Assembly (NCBI GenBank): GCA_937976335.1
Contig: CALJRW010000025.1
Span: 7,103 to 71,102 of the forward strand
Length of the DNA: 64,000 nucleotides
Reading direction: 5' to 3'
Source of the DNA: an uncultured bacterium
Lineage (GTDB): Bacteria; Bdellovibrionota_C; UBA2361; CALJRW01
Part shown: positions 28,923 to 38,387 of the stretch, piece after piece
Layout: every line of letters starts with the position of its first letter
Numbering within the stretch: position 1 is the stretch's first letter
Position numbers and translations under genes: made by a program
The notes under the pieces: model-generated
What the model saw: the letters and a program-made list of their open reading frames with translations, nothing else
Told to the model about the DNA's origin: nothing
The model's database searches: none

Positions 28923-30245
28923 ATGTCATTGCAGGTTGAATATAAAAAATGCAATATTATTGATGCGACGAAGCTATTTCGAAAAAATGCCGAAATTTCA
29001 TTTAATGTTCCTGGCCGATCGCCAATTGAAATCGTAAAAAATTTAGGTGTTTTACAAGCTGATGTTGCAGAGGCTCTTGGGTTAAAATGTACTGAACGAG
29101 TTAGGCAGCTACTTGACGGAAAAAACGGTAGATTTCCATTGGAAAGAAACATAATTCGTGTGGCAACAGCTATTAAAGAACTTTGTTCTGCAAAAGTTAG
29201 AAATGGAGAGATTCTTTATCGCAAGGAAAAGAGTCAAATAGAGGAAGAAAGAAAAAAAAGTCTTTTTTTTCGTGAAATCTTTGGAAGTAATATTGATTCA
29301 ATTTTAAAACATTTTGAAGGTAAGAGTTTTAAAGAAACTTGCTTAGATCTAATTTCAAGAATTTATTTAAGTAAACGTAAGTTTTTAAGTGATCTTCAAA
29401 AATTTTCATCAGATTTTAGAAGTGATTTTTCTATTTTTACGGCAAGTGATGAAGAAATTATAACAATAGCGAAACTTTTAAAATCAGATCTAAGATTTTT
29501 TCATGAAAATCAAATTCTCTTAAAATCAAGCAAAGAAAAAACTAATGCAATTAAAAAACTTGTTTTAAACTTTTTTCTGGAGCAGGTAGGGTGGATAGGT
29601 GAAGATAATCAAGGCATTGAAAAAGATATGCCTGATGATATATTTCTAGGGTTAGAGTCCGGAGAGATACTTAAGGTTTTGCGTAATTCAGTCGGTCTTA
29701 TTCAACCTGAAATTGGAGAAGCAATAAACTTATCAAAAAAAAGGATAGCGCAAGAGTTACAAGAGCATTATAAGAAACCTTTTTTGGCTTACAGTATCGA
29801 AGATTTTGAAGCGCTAGTAGATAAAACTTTTGAGAAACATGAACTTTCAGAAATTAATTCAGGTTTGCAGTTAGCGATTATATTTGAAAAATACAATTTA
29901 ACTTCACTTAGTAGAAGAGAGAATACAGCCTCTCCCCTTCAGCTTATTGAAAGAAGTATGGTTATTGCAAATATGCTAAGGCCTAAATTGTTTTTCTTAA
30001 AATTTAAAGGCTTGCTTCAAGATAAAATTGAAGAAAGTATTAAAAGAGTAAAAACTGGGAAAGCAGAGAAGACGAAAACATTGGTCCGTCCTTGGTCAGC
30101 TAAACTAGAAAATGAGTTTAAAGAGTGGATTGCTTTGGGAGAGGAGCGTCAAATTAGAGAACGTCAAAAGTATGGCAAGGATTCGATGGTAGATCCAGGG
30201 GAGATAGTTGTTGGGGAGAAATATCAGTTTGCCTTGGAAGACTAA
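28923..30245 (+). CDS. Hypothetical 440-aa protein with two XRE-like helix-turn-helix motifs, flanked by direct MITE-C copies
   Basis: IEIVKNLGVLQADVAEALGLKCTERVRQLLDGKNG and EILKVLRNSVGLIQPEIGEAINLSKKRIAQELQ both fit HTH_3-like patterns. The rest is Lys/Glu-rich helical sequence with no recognisable catalytic motif. Confidence 0.6.
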   Translation: MSLQVEYKKCNIIDATKLFRKNAEISFNVPGRSPIEIVKNLGVLQADVAEALGLKCTERVRQLLDGKNGRFPLERNIIRVATAIKELCSAKVRNGEILYRKEKSQIEEERKKSLFFREIFGSNIDSILKHFEGKSFKETCLDLISRIYLSKRKFLSDLQKFSSDFRSDFSIFTASDEEIITIAKLLKSDLRFFHENQILLKSSKEKTNAIKKLVLNFFLEQVGWIGEDNQGIEKDMPDDIFLGLESGEILKVLRNSVGLIQPEIGEAINLSKKRIAQELQEHYKKPFLAYSIEDFEALVDKTFEKHELSEINSGLQLAIIFEKYNLTSLSRRENTASPLQLIERSMVIANMLRPKLFFLKFKGLLQDKIEESIKRVKTGKAEKTKTLVRPWSAKLENEFKEWIALGEERQIRERQKYGKDSMVDPGEIVVGEKYQFALED

Positions 30246-30318
30246 ATAGCAGATGTCTGTTAAACCTCAAATCGATCTAGAAAGGGCATATAAATTTTTA
30301 AAAAGTTAATTATGCAAA

Positions 30319-30507
30319 GTAGCTAACTGCTGCCAGCAACATTTTTATTTATTTTACTCTACTGCTTTGCGTGAGTAACATTCTTCCGTTGTTCTTAGTT
30401 TTAAATTCAGAATTTGTGTATATCAACAAAAATTCTGAAAAGTTTCTTAATTTTTGATTTTTTTTTTAGATTCTTTCTGAAATAAATGTTGCTGGCACCA
30501 GTTAGTC
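30319..30507 (+). repeat. MITE-C copy 2 (same orientation as copy 1)
   Basis: Near-identical to 28563-28748, including the TIRs TAGCTAACTGCTGCCAGCAACATTT / AAATGTTGCTGGCACCAGTTAGTC. Confidence 0.85.
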
Positions 30508-30519
30508 TACTATAGCTTT

Positions 30520-30846
30520 CTACAAAAAACTAGTCATATGAACAACATTCTGATTAGCTAGAGCTTTAACACCCAATTCAGTAACACTCCAAATTCTTGA
30601 GGTAAAATCTCCTATAGGATGAGGAGAAACATACTTATGACCTTCTAAAATAAATAAAGACCTCTGAACATCATGTTCATCTTTTCCAAGAGCAAGGGCT
30701 AGTTCATCAATTCTATAAGGCCTAGCATTTTTAGCACTAGTAGCCCCTTCAGCCATTTTTGTTAATACAACTACTTGATTTTGGTACCTTTCGTTCTCTT
30801 CTTCCGTTAATTTTGACTTATCTTCAGCTGAATTTTCACCTATCAT
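30520..30846 (-). CDS. Hypothetical small protein (108 aa), possible winged-helix DNA-binding fold
   Basis: YRIDELALALGKDEHDVQRSLFILEGHKYV resembles the recognition helix plus wing of wHTH regulators. Its stop codon abuts MITE-C copy 2. Confidence 0.45.
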   Translation of the reverse strand: MIGENSAEDKSKLTEEENERYQNQVVVLTKMAEGATSAKNARPYRIDELALALGKDEHDVQRSLFILEGHKYVSPHPIGDFTSRIWSVTELGVKALANQNVVHMTSFL

Positions 30847-31021
30847 AATAGTTTATATCCTCTCATTTGTAAGCATATTAGCTTTAACTCAAGAATTATA
30901 TCAAATTAAGGAGTTTAAGCAAATATAGCTGTTTTTACCTACTCACTCTCAAACTATAGTTATAACTTACTAAATCACAATAACTTTAAATCTTTCATAA
31001 CATTAAAGAAGAAAATATTAG

Positions 31022-32533
31022 ATGAAATTTTTTGGCAAATTACAGAATTTAGAAAATCTTGGTCGAAGCTCTAAAGTTAAGATGACCAGAAGGTCTGCCC
31101 TTCTTTTCGGTCTTGCGACTTTTGGTGTTGGCTGTGTTGCAGAAAAAAAGAAATCTCCTTTGAATAAGAACTCCAATAGCCAAGCTAGTGGAAAGTTTAG
31201 AGCTCTAGTAAAACCAATTATTGCTAGAGCAGGCTTGTTAAAATCTCAATTGAAAGATATTTCTTTGAGTGCACTTGAAGAATTCAAAAATCAAGGACAT
31301 AAACTTACACTATTTCCTGTAACAGAACTTTCAAATAGAATTGTTTTATCTTTAAAATTAAATGAAAATTTTAGAAGAATCGATCCATCAGGTAATATTT
31401 ATCTAGAAAAAATCAAAATTCTTATCAAAACATCAAAGCAACTTGGCGAAGATGAGCTATCACAAAAGTTAGAAAAATTGCTTAATCTTGAAAAATATTT
31501 CGATAGAAATATTAAACCGGATATAATAAAAAAGAGAACTAACACCGAAGCTTATCTTAAGAAAGAAGAGCGGTATACCACTGAAAAAAGTAATCTTTTA
31601 ACTGATATCGCTAATAATCATGGTATAAGTATAACTTACCTTGCAGACGCCATACCTATTACAGGAAAATTTATACAAGAAGGAAAAACTGGGCAGTATC
31701 AAGCTTTTATTGTTCATTCTTTAGATAAAGAAGAATATTTAGGTTTAGAAGGATTAAATCTTGATGGTGGGCTTACATCTGTTTTTTTAAATAGCGCCCC
31801 AGCACAAAATGCCTCAAAGTTCTTTAGCTCAGTGATTGCAAACGAATTTTCGCATACATACTTTAGAAGAGTTTGGGAAAAATTTTGCAATTTACATTTA
31901 GAAAGAATTGATTTTTCAAAAATAAAGCTGTTTAGAAAAGCTGGCAAAAAGAAAACACAATTTTTCAAACGTGCTCTTGAACCTCGCACCACAGGCGAGC
32001 TATCTGAGCTATTTTCTGATTCATGGTCAAGTCAAATAAATCCAAGAGAACTTTCAAGAATAGGAATTAACAGCCTTAGTATGCTACTAAATAGTGGAGT
32101 AAGAAGCTCAATCAGTCAAAGTAACTTCTCTCCTGCTACAGTAGATCACGCTAATTATTATTGTGGCGACAGAAATTCTAATTATCGTTTAACACATGTA
32201 GTGTTTTTGCAAACAATGCACGAATGTTTTCTAGCAGATTCTAATTTAAAAGGTTATGAAAATATTTTATCTCTAGTAAATGCTAAAGAAGAAGCGATAG
32301 TTAAAATCTTAAAGCAAATTAATGAAACTCGTAAAAGTAAAAATCCTAATGACAAATCTAAAATACATCTTCTAGATATAGAGTTACATGAAAAGTGCCA
32401 ATTAGAGGATTTTTACTTAGAGATTATAAATAAAATCCCAGAAAGGTATCTACTTGAGTTTCAAAAAGCATTAAAACACTATGAAGATGAATATACTAAT
32501 GTGCTTAGACAACATAAAAATCAACTAAACTAA
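31022..32533 (+). CDS. Putative Tat-exported lipoprotein, function unknown
   Basis: Twin-arginine-like signal MTRRSALLFGLATFGVGC with a lipobox Cys. The real start may be the ATG at ~31082. The remaining ~480 aa are unrecognised. Confidence 0.6.
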   Translation: MKFFGKLQNLENLGRSSKVKMTRRSALLFGLATFGVGCVAEKKKSPLNKNSNSQASGKFRALVKPIIARAGLLKSQLKDISLSALEEFKNQGHKLTLFPVTELSNRIVLSLKLNENFRRIDPSGNIYLEKIKILIKTSKQLGEDELSQKLEKLLNLEKYFDRNIKPDIIKKRTNTEAYLKKEERYTTEKSNLLTDIANNHGISITYLADAIPITGKFIQEGKTGQYQAFIVHSLDKEEYLGLEGLNLDGGLTSVFLNSAPAQNASKFFSSVIANEFSHTYFRRVWEKFCNLHLERIDFSKIKLFRKAGKKKTQFFKRALEPRTTGELSELFSDSWSSQINPRELSRIGINSLSMLLNSGVRSSISQSNFSPATVDHANYYCGDRNSNYRLTHVVFLQTMHECFLADSNLKGYENILSLVNAKEEAIVKILKQINETRKSKNPNDKSKIHLLDIELHEKCQLEDFYLEIINKIPERYLLEFQKALKHYEDEYTNVLRQHKNQLN

Positions 32534-32579
32534 ATTAATTTTCTTTAACTTATTACCATATGATACAGAGCCTAACACC

Positions 32580-34793
32580 TCAAACTCCCCTAGCAATTCT
32601 CTTCTTCCTCCCCTTCATATCTTGATAAATTGGTAATTCAATAACAAATTTTGCTCCTCCCATCTCACTATCAAAGACCTTAATTTCTCCGTTATGCTCA
32701 GAAACAATGGTACTAACTATAGCCAATCCTAAACCTGTACCTGAAGATTCAGTAGTAAAATATGGGTCAAAAATTTGAGACTTATCATTATCAGAAATTC
32801 CATAGCCTGAATCAACTACCTCCATTCTTAACAAATTTTGACTTTCTATTTCAGTTTTTAAGAAAACTTTAGAGTTACAATCTTCTGATTTTTGGCGCTT
32901 ACGTACAGAAATTAATGCATTATCTAGCAAATTAATAAATAAACGTCTAATTTGCTCTCTATCAATCTCTACTTCTTTAACTCGATTATCAGCAATAAAG
33001 TGAAAGCTTACATCAGTATTTGTTTCTGCATATGAATCAATTATTTGAGATAGTAAAATATTTATATCTTCTTTCTTAAATTCAGCTTTAGGCATTCTTG
33101 CAAAGCGAGAGAATTCATTTGCTAATCTATTAATTGACTCAACATGTTCTAAAATTGTTTGGCTTGACTCGATAAAAACTTGATTTGATTTAGTATCTTC
33201 AGCGTTCTTTTCAATTCTTTGTGCACATAGCTTAATTGGTGTAAGAGGATTCTTAATTTCATGAGCAATTCTCCTAGCAACTTCACTCCAAACATTCATT
33301 TCTTGAGCTTTTTTAAGTTCAGTAACATCATCAAATAAAAGTACAGCTCCAACTACTTCTCCTTGTACGTTTGTTAGTTGACCACTTGTGCAAACAACAT
33401 TTCTTGAAATGCCTTCAGCCTTAAATGAAACCTGCTTTTCAAGAACTAAATTTGGTCTTTCTTGATCATCTAGAACTCTTCTAACTAGCTTTTCTACTTG
33501 CGAATATACATCTGAATTAACTATATCCTCAAGATCTTGTCCAAGCGTATTAGATATTTTATTAATAGAAAAAAGCGAAGTTGCTGCGCGATTTGCAGAA
33601 GTGATTTTTTCATTTTTATCTACACTAATTACAGCAATTGCTAAATTAGATAAAATTGTTTCAGTATAAGATCTCCTTCTTTCAACTTCATTTCTAGATT
33701 GTTTTAAATCGGCTGTCATTTGGTTAAAAGATCTTATTAGAACTGAAACTTCATCATCTCCTGTAGGTCGAACATAGTAATCTAAATTTCCCCTAGCAAC
33801 AGCTTGCGTGCCTTCAGCAAGTCTTTGTATAGGAACAGAAATTTCTTTTGCTGTATAGAATCCAAACCAAATTGCTGAAAATAAAAGAAGACCCGTAATC
33901 ATTGCTAGAGTTAGTAGATAACTTGATTTAATTGGACTTTTAAACAACTTAACTTGTTCATATTCTTTGAAAGCATTACTAACAACTCTTAAAGAATCTG
34001 CAATATCTTTAGATAGCAACTTTGTTGTGATTAAAATTAAGCTTTGATCATCAAGCCTAACTCTGGTAAATGCACTTAAGTAATTTTTATTAGGCTTATT
34101 ATCATAACTAACTCCCTCTTTTTGAGAAGCAAGTTTAATAATTTTATTTTCTTCAATTTCTGTTCTTTCAACTTCAGTTCCAAGTGTTAGAAAATTATCT
34201 TTATTTGATTTAAAAATTTGAACCCCAGAAATATCATGATTTAAAATAGCTTTCTCTAAATATTGAGAAAGGATAATTTTTTCTCTATAAACTAATGGTT
34301 TCGTTTCAATCTCTACTTTAATCATTTCAGTAACTTTAGCAGTTTTAACTTTTAGAAGTTCGTAATGATTTCTACCAATACTCATTGCACTATGCACTGC
34401 TGTTTCAACTTGATTACTAAACCAATCATCTAAGGCACGTGAAAGGAGTCCGCTTGCTAGAACAAATACAATAATTGTCGGAACCAAAGTAAGTCCTACA
34501 AAAGCAGTAACTAAACGAAGCCTAAGCTTAGAACCTAAGATTCTACGCCTTCTATCAAAAATAAGCTTAACTACATTTCGTCCTACCAAAAAAGCTAATA
34601 GAATTAGAAGAACTAAGTTAAAATTGACAATTGAGAAAATGAGAAGATTATTACCAACATCCTTATACTCTGGCCTATTCCAATAAATTGCCAAAGAAAC
34701 AAGAAAGGCTATTGAAAAGAAAATTGAAGCTCTAAGAACATAGCCACTCTTCTTCCACCATTTAATAATACTTAGTTTATTGATTCCTAACAC
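32580..34793 (-). CDS. NtrY-like sensor histidine kinase (multi-TM N-terminus, HAMP, PAS, HisKA, HATPase_c)
   Basis: 4 N-terminal TM helices, a HAMP-like region, a PAS-like segment, H-box AHEIKNPLTPI, N/G boxes LDNALISV...DSGYGI...GTGLGLAI. 737 aa. Confidence 0.8.
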   Translation of the reverse strand: MLGINKLSIIKWWKKSGYVLRASIFFSIAFLVSLAIYWNRPEYKDVGNNLLIFSIVNFNLVLLILLAFLVGRNVVKLIFDRRRRILGSKLRLRLVTAFVGLTLVPTIIVFVLASGLLSRALDDWFSNQVETAVHSAMSIGRNHYELLKVKTAKVTEMIKVEIETKPLVYREKIILSQYLEKAILNHDISGVQIFKSNKDNFLTLGTEVERTEIEENKIIKLASQKEGVSYDNKPNKNYLSAFTRVRLDDQSLILITTKLLSKDIADSLRVVSNAFKEYEQVKLFKSPIKSSYLLTLAMITGLLLFSAIWFGFYTAKEISVPIQRLAEGTQAVARGNLDYYVRPTGDDEVSVLIRSFNQMTADLKQSRNEVERRRSYTETILSNLAIAVISVDKNEKITSANRAATSLFSINKISNTLGQDLEDIVNSDVYSQVEKLVRRVLDDQERPNLVLEKQVSFKAEGISRNVVCTSGQLTNVQGEVVGAVLLFDDVTELKKAQEMNVWSEVARRIAHEIKNPLTPIKLCAQRIEKNAEDTKSNQVFIESSQTILEHVESINRLANEFSRFARMPKAEFKKEDINILLSQIIDSYAETNTDVSFHFIADNRVKEVEIDREQIRRLFINLLDNALISVRKRQKSEDCNSKVFLKTEIESQNLLRMEVVDSGYGISDNDKSQIFDPYFTTESSGTGLGLAIVSTIVSEHNGEIKVFDSEMGGAKFVIELPIYQDMKGRKKRIARGV

Positions 34794-34837
34794 TTTGTAA
34801 TATTACACTTTTTTGAGAAGCTTTTCCAATTATAGTT

Positions 34838-34962
34838 TAAACCTGAATTCGGGATAAAAAGCGTTACGAAAAAATTAAGATGCTGAAATATTTGAACGAA
34901 AAAATAAAAATTAGATTGCAGCAGTAGCTTTCTTATCCCAAATTCAGGTTTAAAGCGAAAAA
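34838..34962. repeat. Inverted-repeat-bounded 125-bp element (hairpin/MITE-like)
   Basis: GTTTAAACCTGAATTCGGGATAA ... TTATCCCAAATTCAGGTTTAAAGC: ~22-nt arms that are reverse complements, enclosing ~75 nt of AT-rich sequence. The arm motif CCTGAATTCAGG also occurs at 63902-63913. Confidence 0.7.
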
Positions 34963-34964
34963 CT

Positions 34965-35549
34965 CTAGCTATCTCCCAAATTAAAATCCAACCATCCAGT
35001 ATTAAATCCTTGAACCCTAACCAAACCAAGCGACAATACTTTAGATATTCCTTTTGTTATATCACTCCTATCTCCCTTACAATCAGCCATAACTCGAACA
35101 CTAAGATAGTATTTAGAAATATCTGGTTTTGGAAATTTAGAGTTAAGTGATTTTAGAGGGTATTTCTTAACTGAACGCATTGCATTAAGTGCTTCTTCTT
35201 TTTCTTGTAACTGCAGTTCAATAGGTTCTTTCTTATCTCTTAAACGATCGGTGATAAATTTATAAGAGTCACTTACAGAATCAAATTCTAATTGATGTAT
35301 TTCTTTTCTAACGTCCTCACAACTATCAAACCAAGCTGTTCTTCTCCTACACAATTCAAGCTCGTATCTATACTGATGTACAAATCCACTATTTAAACAT
35401 TGATTTATCAATTCATCATTACCGAAAAGGTTAATGTCAATTTTTTTAGTGCTTCTTTTCTTTGACCAATTTACTAAAACTTTTGGATCAGAGTATGATA
35501 TTGCAGGCAATAAAAGTATAAGAAGTAATATAATTTTAGTTTTATTCAT
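34965..35549 (-). CDS. Secreted hypothetical protein (possibly DUF4390-like periplasmic partner of NtrY-type kinases)
   Basis: Signal peptide [20 protein letters not shown]. 194 aa. It lies immediately upstream of, and co-directional with, the NtrY-like kinase. The family assignment is an inference from synteny. Confidence 0.45.
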   Translation of the reverse strand: MNKTKIILLLILLLPAISYSDPKVLVNWSKKRSTKKIDINLFGNDELINQCLNSGFVHQYRYELELCRRRTAWFDSCEDVRKEIHQLEFDSVSDSYKFITDRLRDKKEPIELQLQEKEEALNAMRSVKKYPLKSLNSKFPKPDISKYYLSVRVMADCKGDRSDITKGISKVLSLGLVRVQGFNTGWLDFNLGDS

Positions 35550-36613
35550 TAAAAAATACTCGTCTGATTGTTTGCTTTATACTCAAAACCCATATGCTCA
35601 TAGGCACGCTTTGTTGCTTCACGTCCTCTTCTTGTTCTTGCGATAAAGCCTTCTTGAATAAGAAAAGGTTCGTAAAAGTCTTCTACCGTATCTCGCTCTT
35701 CACCTAAGGCAACTGAAATAGTATCTACACCTACAGGGCCACCATCAAATTTTTCGATGATTAACTCCAAAACTGCTCTATCCATTTTAGTTAGACCACT
35801 ATCATCGATATCTAGCAACTTAAGTGCACTTCTAGCAACCTCTTTTGAAGCAACTCCATCTGCTTTTTGATCAGCATAATCTCTAACTCGCTTAAGCAAT
35901 CTGTTAGCTATTCTTGGTGTTCCTCTTGAACGTCGTGCAATTTCATATGCAGCATCTTTTTCTAACTCAAGTTCTAAAATTTCAGCAGATCTAGTTATCA
36001 CTTTTACCAAATTTTCTGTACTATAATATTCAAGACGATACGTTAACCCAAACCTATCTCTTAGAGGTGAAGTCAACAAACCGCTTCTAGTCGTTGCTCC
36101 AACAAGCGTAAAAGGCTTAAGGTTTATTTTAATAGTTTTTGCAGCAGGCCCTTGGCCTATTAAAATATCAATTTCAAAATCCTCCATTGCTGGATATAAA
36201 ACCTCTTCTACAATACGAGGCAAACGGTGAATTTCATCAATAAACAAAATATCATGTGGTTCTAATGCGGTTAAGATAGCGGCTAAATCTCCAGGTCTTT
36301 CAACAATTGGTCCGGAAGTAGATTTAAACCCAACATTTAACTCTTTTGATAAAACTCTTGCTAAAGAAGTTTTCCCAAGGCCAGGAGGTCCATGAAATAA
36401 AACATGATCTAAAGCCTCTCCTCTTTTTTGAGAAGCTCCACAAGAAATTAATAAATTCTCACAAATGCTTTCTTGACCAATATATTCCTTAAAATTACTA
36501 GGTCGTAGATTTTTAACTATATATTCATCTTCAACTTGCTCATTAGCATCAACTAAGCCCATCCAGCTTTGAACATCATCATTGGGTAAGGTTTTACTTG
36601 AACTATCGCTCAT
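35549..36613 (-). CDS. ruvB: Holliday junction branch migration helicase RuvB
   Basis: Walker [12 protein letters not shown], Walker [11 protein letters not shown], sensor and arginine-finger regions, C-terminal wH. 354 aa. Confidence 0.95.
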   Translation of the reverse strand: MSDSSSKTLPNDDVQSWMGLVDANEQVEDEYIVKNLRPSNFKEYIGQESICENLLISCGASQKRGEALDHVLFHGPPGLGKTSLARVLSKELNVGFKSTSGPIVERPGDLAAILTALEPHDILFIDEIHRLPRIVEEVLYPAMEDFEIDILIGQGPAAKTIKINLKPFTLVGATTRSGLLTSPLRDRFGLTYRLEYYSTENLVKVITRSAEILELELEKDAAYEIARRSRGTPRIANRLLKRVRDYADQKADGVASKEVARSALKLLDIDDSGLTKMDRAVLELIIEKFDGGPVGVDTISVALGEERDTVEDFYEPFLIQEGFIARTRRGREATKRAYEHMGFEYKANNQTSIF

Positions 36614-36622
36614 ATTTTAATC

Positions 36623-37210
36623 CTATACGTATTTTAAAGCTTCTTTCACAATTTCTCCTGTATCTAGTTTAGAAGAATTCTTAACATTAGAAACAGCAAC
36701 TTCTGCATCTTTTCTTGCAAATCCTAAAGCAACTAAGGCACTCACAGCTTCCTGCCTATCGGGAATGATGGATTTCTCAATAGCAAGACCATCATAATGT
36801 AAATTTGCAAATTGAGTAACTTGATCTTTTAACTCAAGCACTATTCTTTCAGCTGTTTTCTTTCCAATTCCTTTAATTTGTTGAAGTGCTTGAACATTCT
36901 CATTTCCGATAATACGTAAAAGTTCAATTTTATTGATTTTTGATATGACCTCAGAAGCGCTCTTTGCTCCTAAGCCCTTTACTTTGGTTAAGAGAAGAAA
37001 TACGCGCTTTTCTAACTTGTCTGAGAATCCATACAAGTTAATTGCATCTTCTCTAACGTCAGTATAAATAATTACAGTTACTTCTTTTTTAGCATCTAAA
37101 TTTGATACGGTTTCTCCAGAACAAAGAATTTCATATCCAACACCATTAACATCAAGTGTAATTGTATTGACATCAATTTCTTGAACCTTTCCTCTTAGAG
37201 ATGAAATCAC
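36623..37210 (-). CDS. ruvA: Holliday junction DNA-binding protein RuvA
   Basis: MISSLRGKV...VNGVGYEI N-terminal OB domain. Two HhH motifs (LLTKVKGLGAKSASEVI, IKGIGKKTAERIVLEL). C-terminal domain III. Confidence 0.93.
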   Translation of the reverse strand: MISSLRGKVQEIDVNTITLDVNGVGYEILCSGETVSNLDAKKEVTVIIYTDVREDAINLYGFSDKLEKRVFLLLTKVKGLGAKSASEVISKINKIELLRIIGNENVQALQQIKGIGKKTAERIVLELKDQVTQFANLHYDGLAIEKSIIPDRQEAVSALVALGFARKDAEVAVSNVKNSSKLDTGEIVKEALKYV

Positions 37211-37953
37211 TGACTAGCCACCTCCATATCTTCATCTGATATATCAAAATTAGCAGAAACACTTTGAACGTCATCCAAATCTTCTAAAACTTCAAGTAGC
37301 TTAATTAATGTAACAGCTTCAGAACCTTCAACTTTTACTAAATTTTTAGGCACAGACTGTATTTCGGCCTCGAACGTTTTTCCTAATTTTTCTAGAGTAT
37401 CTCTAATTGATCCAAAATCATTTACCTCAGAAGTAACTTGCCAAACATCTGTTTCATCTGAAATGTCATCAATGCTATAATCTAGTAAGCTCTCAAAAAG
37501 CTCATCTTCAGTAGCTTGATCTTTAGCTAAAGTAAAAATTCCTTTATCTTCAAATTGAAAAGCTACAGAATTTGCAGCCCCAAGACTACCACCATTTTTA
37601 GTTAAGGCATGCCTAACTTCAGCAACTGTTCTATTCCTATTATCCGTTAGAGTTTTAATTAAAATTGCAACTCCAGCTGGGCCATAACCTTCGTAGTTTA
37701 TTTCTAAATAATCAGCCCCACCATCATCTTCAGACCCTCTCTTAATAGCTCTATCAATGTTATCATTAGGAACACTATTCGATTTAGCAGTCTGAACAGC
37801 AGTCTTCAATCTTGGATTACCGTCTAAGTCAGGACCTCCAGCTTTTGAGGCAACTTGAATCTCTTTTAGTATCTTAGTGAAGAGCTTTCCACGCTTTGCA
37901 TCATTTGCTCCTTTTTTCCTCTTTATTTTCGACCATTTATTGTGACCTGCCAT
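37207..37953 (-). CDS. yebC: YebC/PmpR family DNA-binding transcriptional regulator
   Basis: MAGHNKWSKIKRKKGANDAKRGKLFTKI is the signature N-terminus of the YebC family. 248 aa. Overlaps the ruvA start by 4 nt. Confidence 0.92.
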   Translation of the reverse strand: MAGHNKWSKIKRKKGANDAKRGKLFTKILKEIQVASKAGGPDLDGNPRLKTAVQTAKSNSVPNDNIDRAIKRGSEDDGGADYLEINYEGYGPAGVAILIKTLTDNRNRTVAEVRHALTKNGGSLGAANSVAFQFEDKGIFTLAKDQATEDELFESLLDYSIDDISDETDVWQVTSEVNDFGSIRDTLEKLGKTFEAEIQSVPKNLVKVEGSEAVTLIKLLEVLEDLDDVQSVSANFDISDEDMEVASQ

Positions 37954-38065
37954 TTAGCTCCTATTGGGTGATATTCAACTAACTAAAACTATTACATATT
38001 TTGAAAAAATGCAATTTTAATTACAATGCTAGGAAATAAAATTTATTTTGAAAAATATTAGTTAC

Positions 38066-38252
38066 ATAGTGCTAGACATTCGGTTTTTCCGTTTTTTTTT
38101 CTTGCAATTTTTGCATAGCATAAATTCAGTTTTATTTGTTCGAGCAGTATATGTGTTTATTACGGCAAAAAATGGCTCCGCCATTATTTTGCTCGCCCAA
38201 CAAATCATTTAGTTTTCCCGCTTGAAAGTGGAAAAACCAAATGACGACAGAT
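38066..38252 (+). repeat. MITE-A copy (full-length, ~190 bp)
   Basis: Begins ...TAGTGCTAGACATTCGGTTTTTCCG and ends CGCTTGAAAGTGGAAAAACCAAATGACGACAGATATA. The internal sequence TTGCAATTTTTGCATAGCATAAATTCAGTTTTATTTGTTCGAGCAGTATATGTG...TTACGGCAAAAAATGGCTCCGCCATTATTTTGCTCGCCCAACAAATCATTTAGTTTTCCCGCTTGAAAG is shared with the other copies. Confidence 0.85.
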
Positions 38253-38387
38253 ATATAAATTTTATAAGCTTTCCCTTACACTTTAATGTTTCTTATTAAG
38301 TCGATTACATTTTTTAGAAAAAAAGTACTAAATTTATACCTTGGATTTATCGAAGAAAGTATTTATTAAAATTTAAGAAATTCGAAA

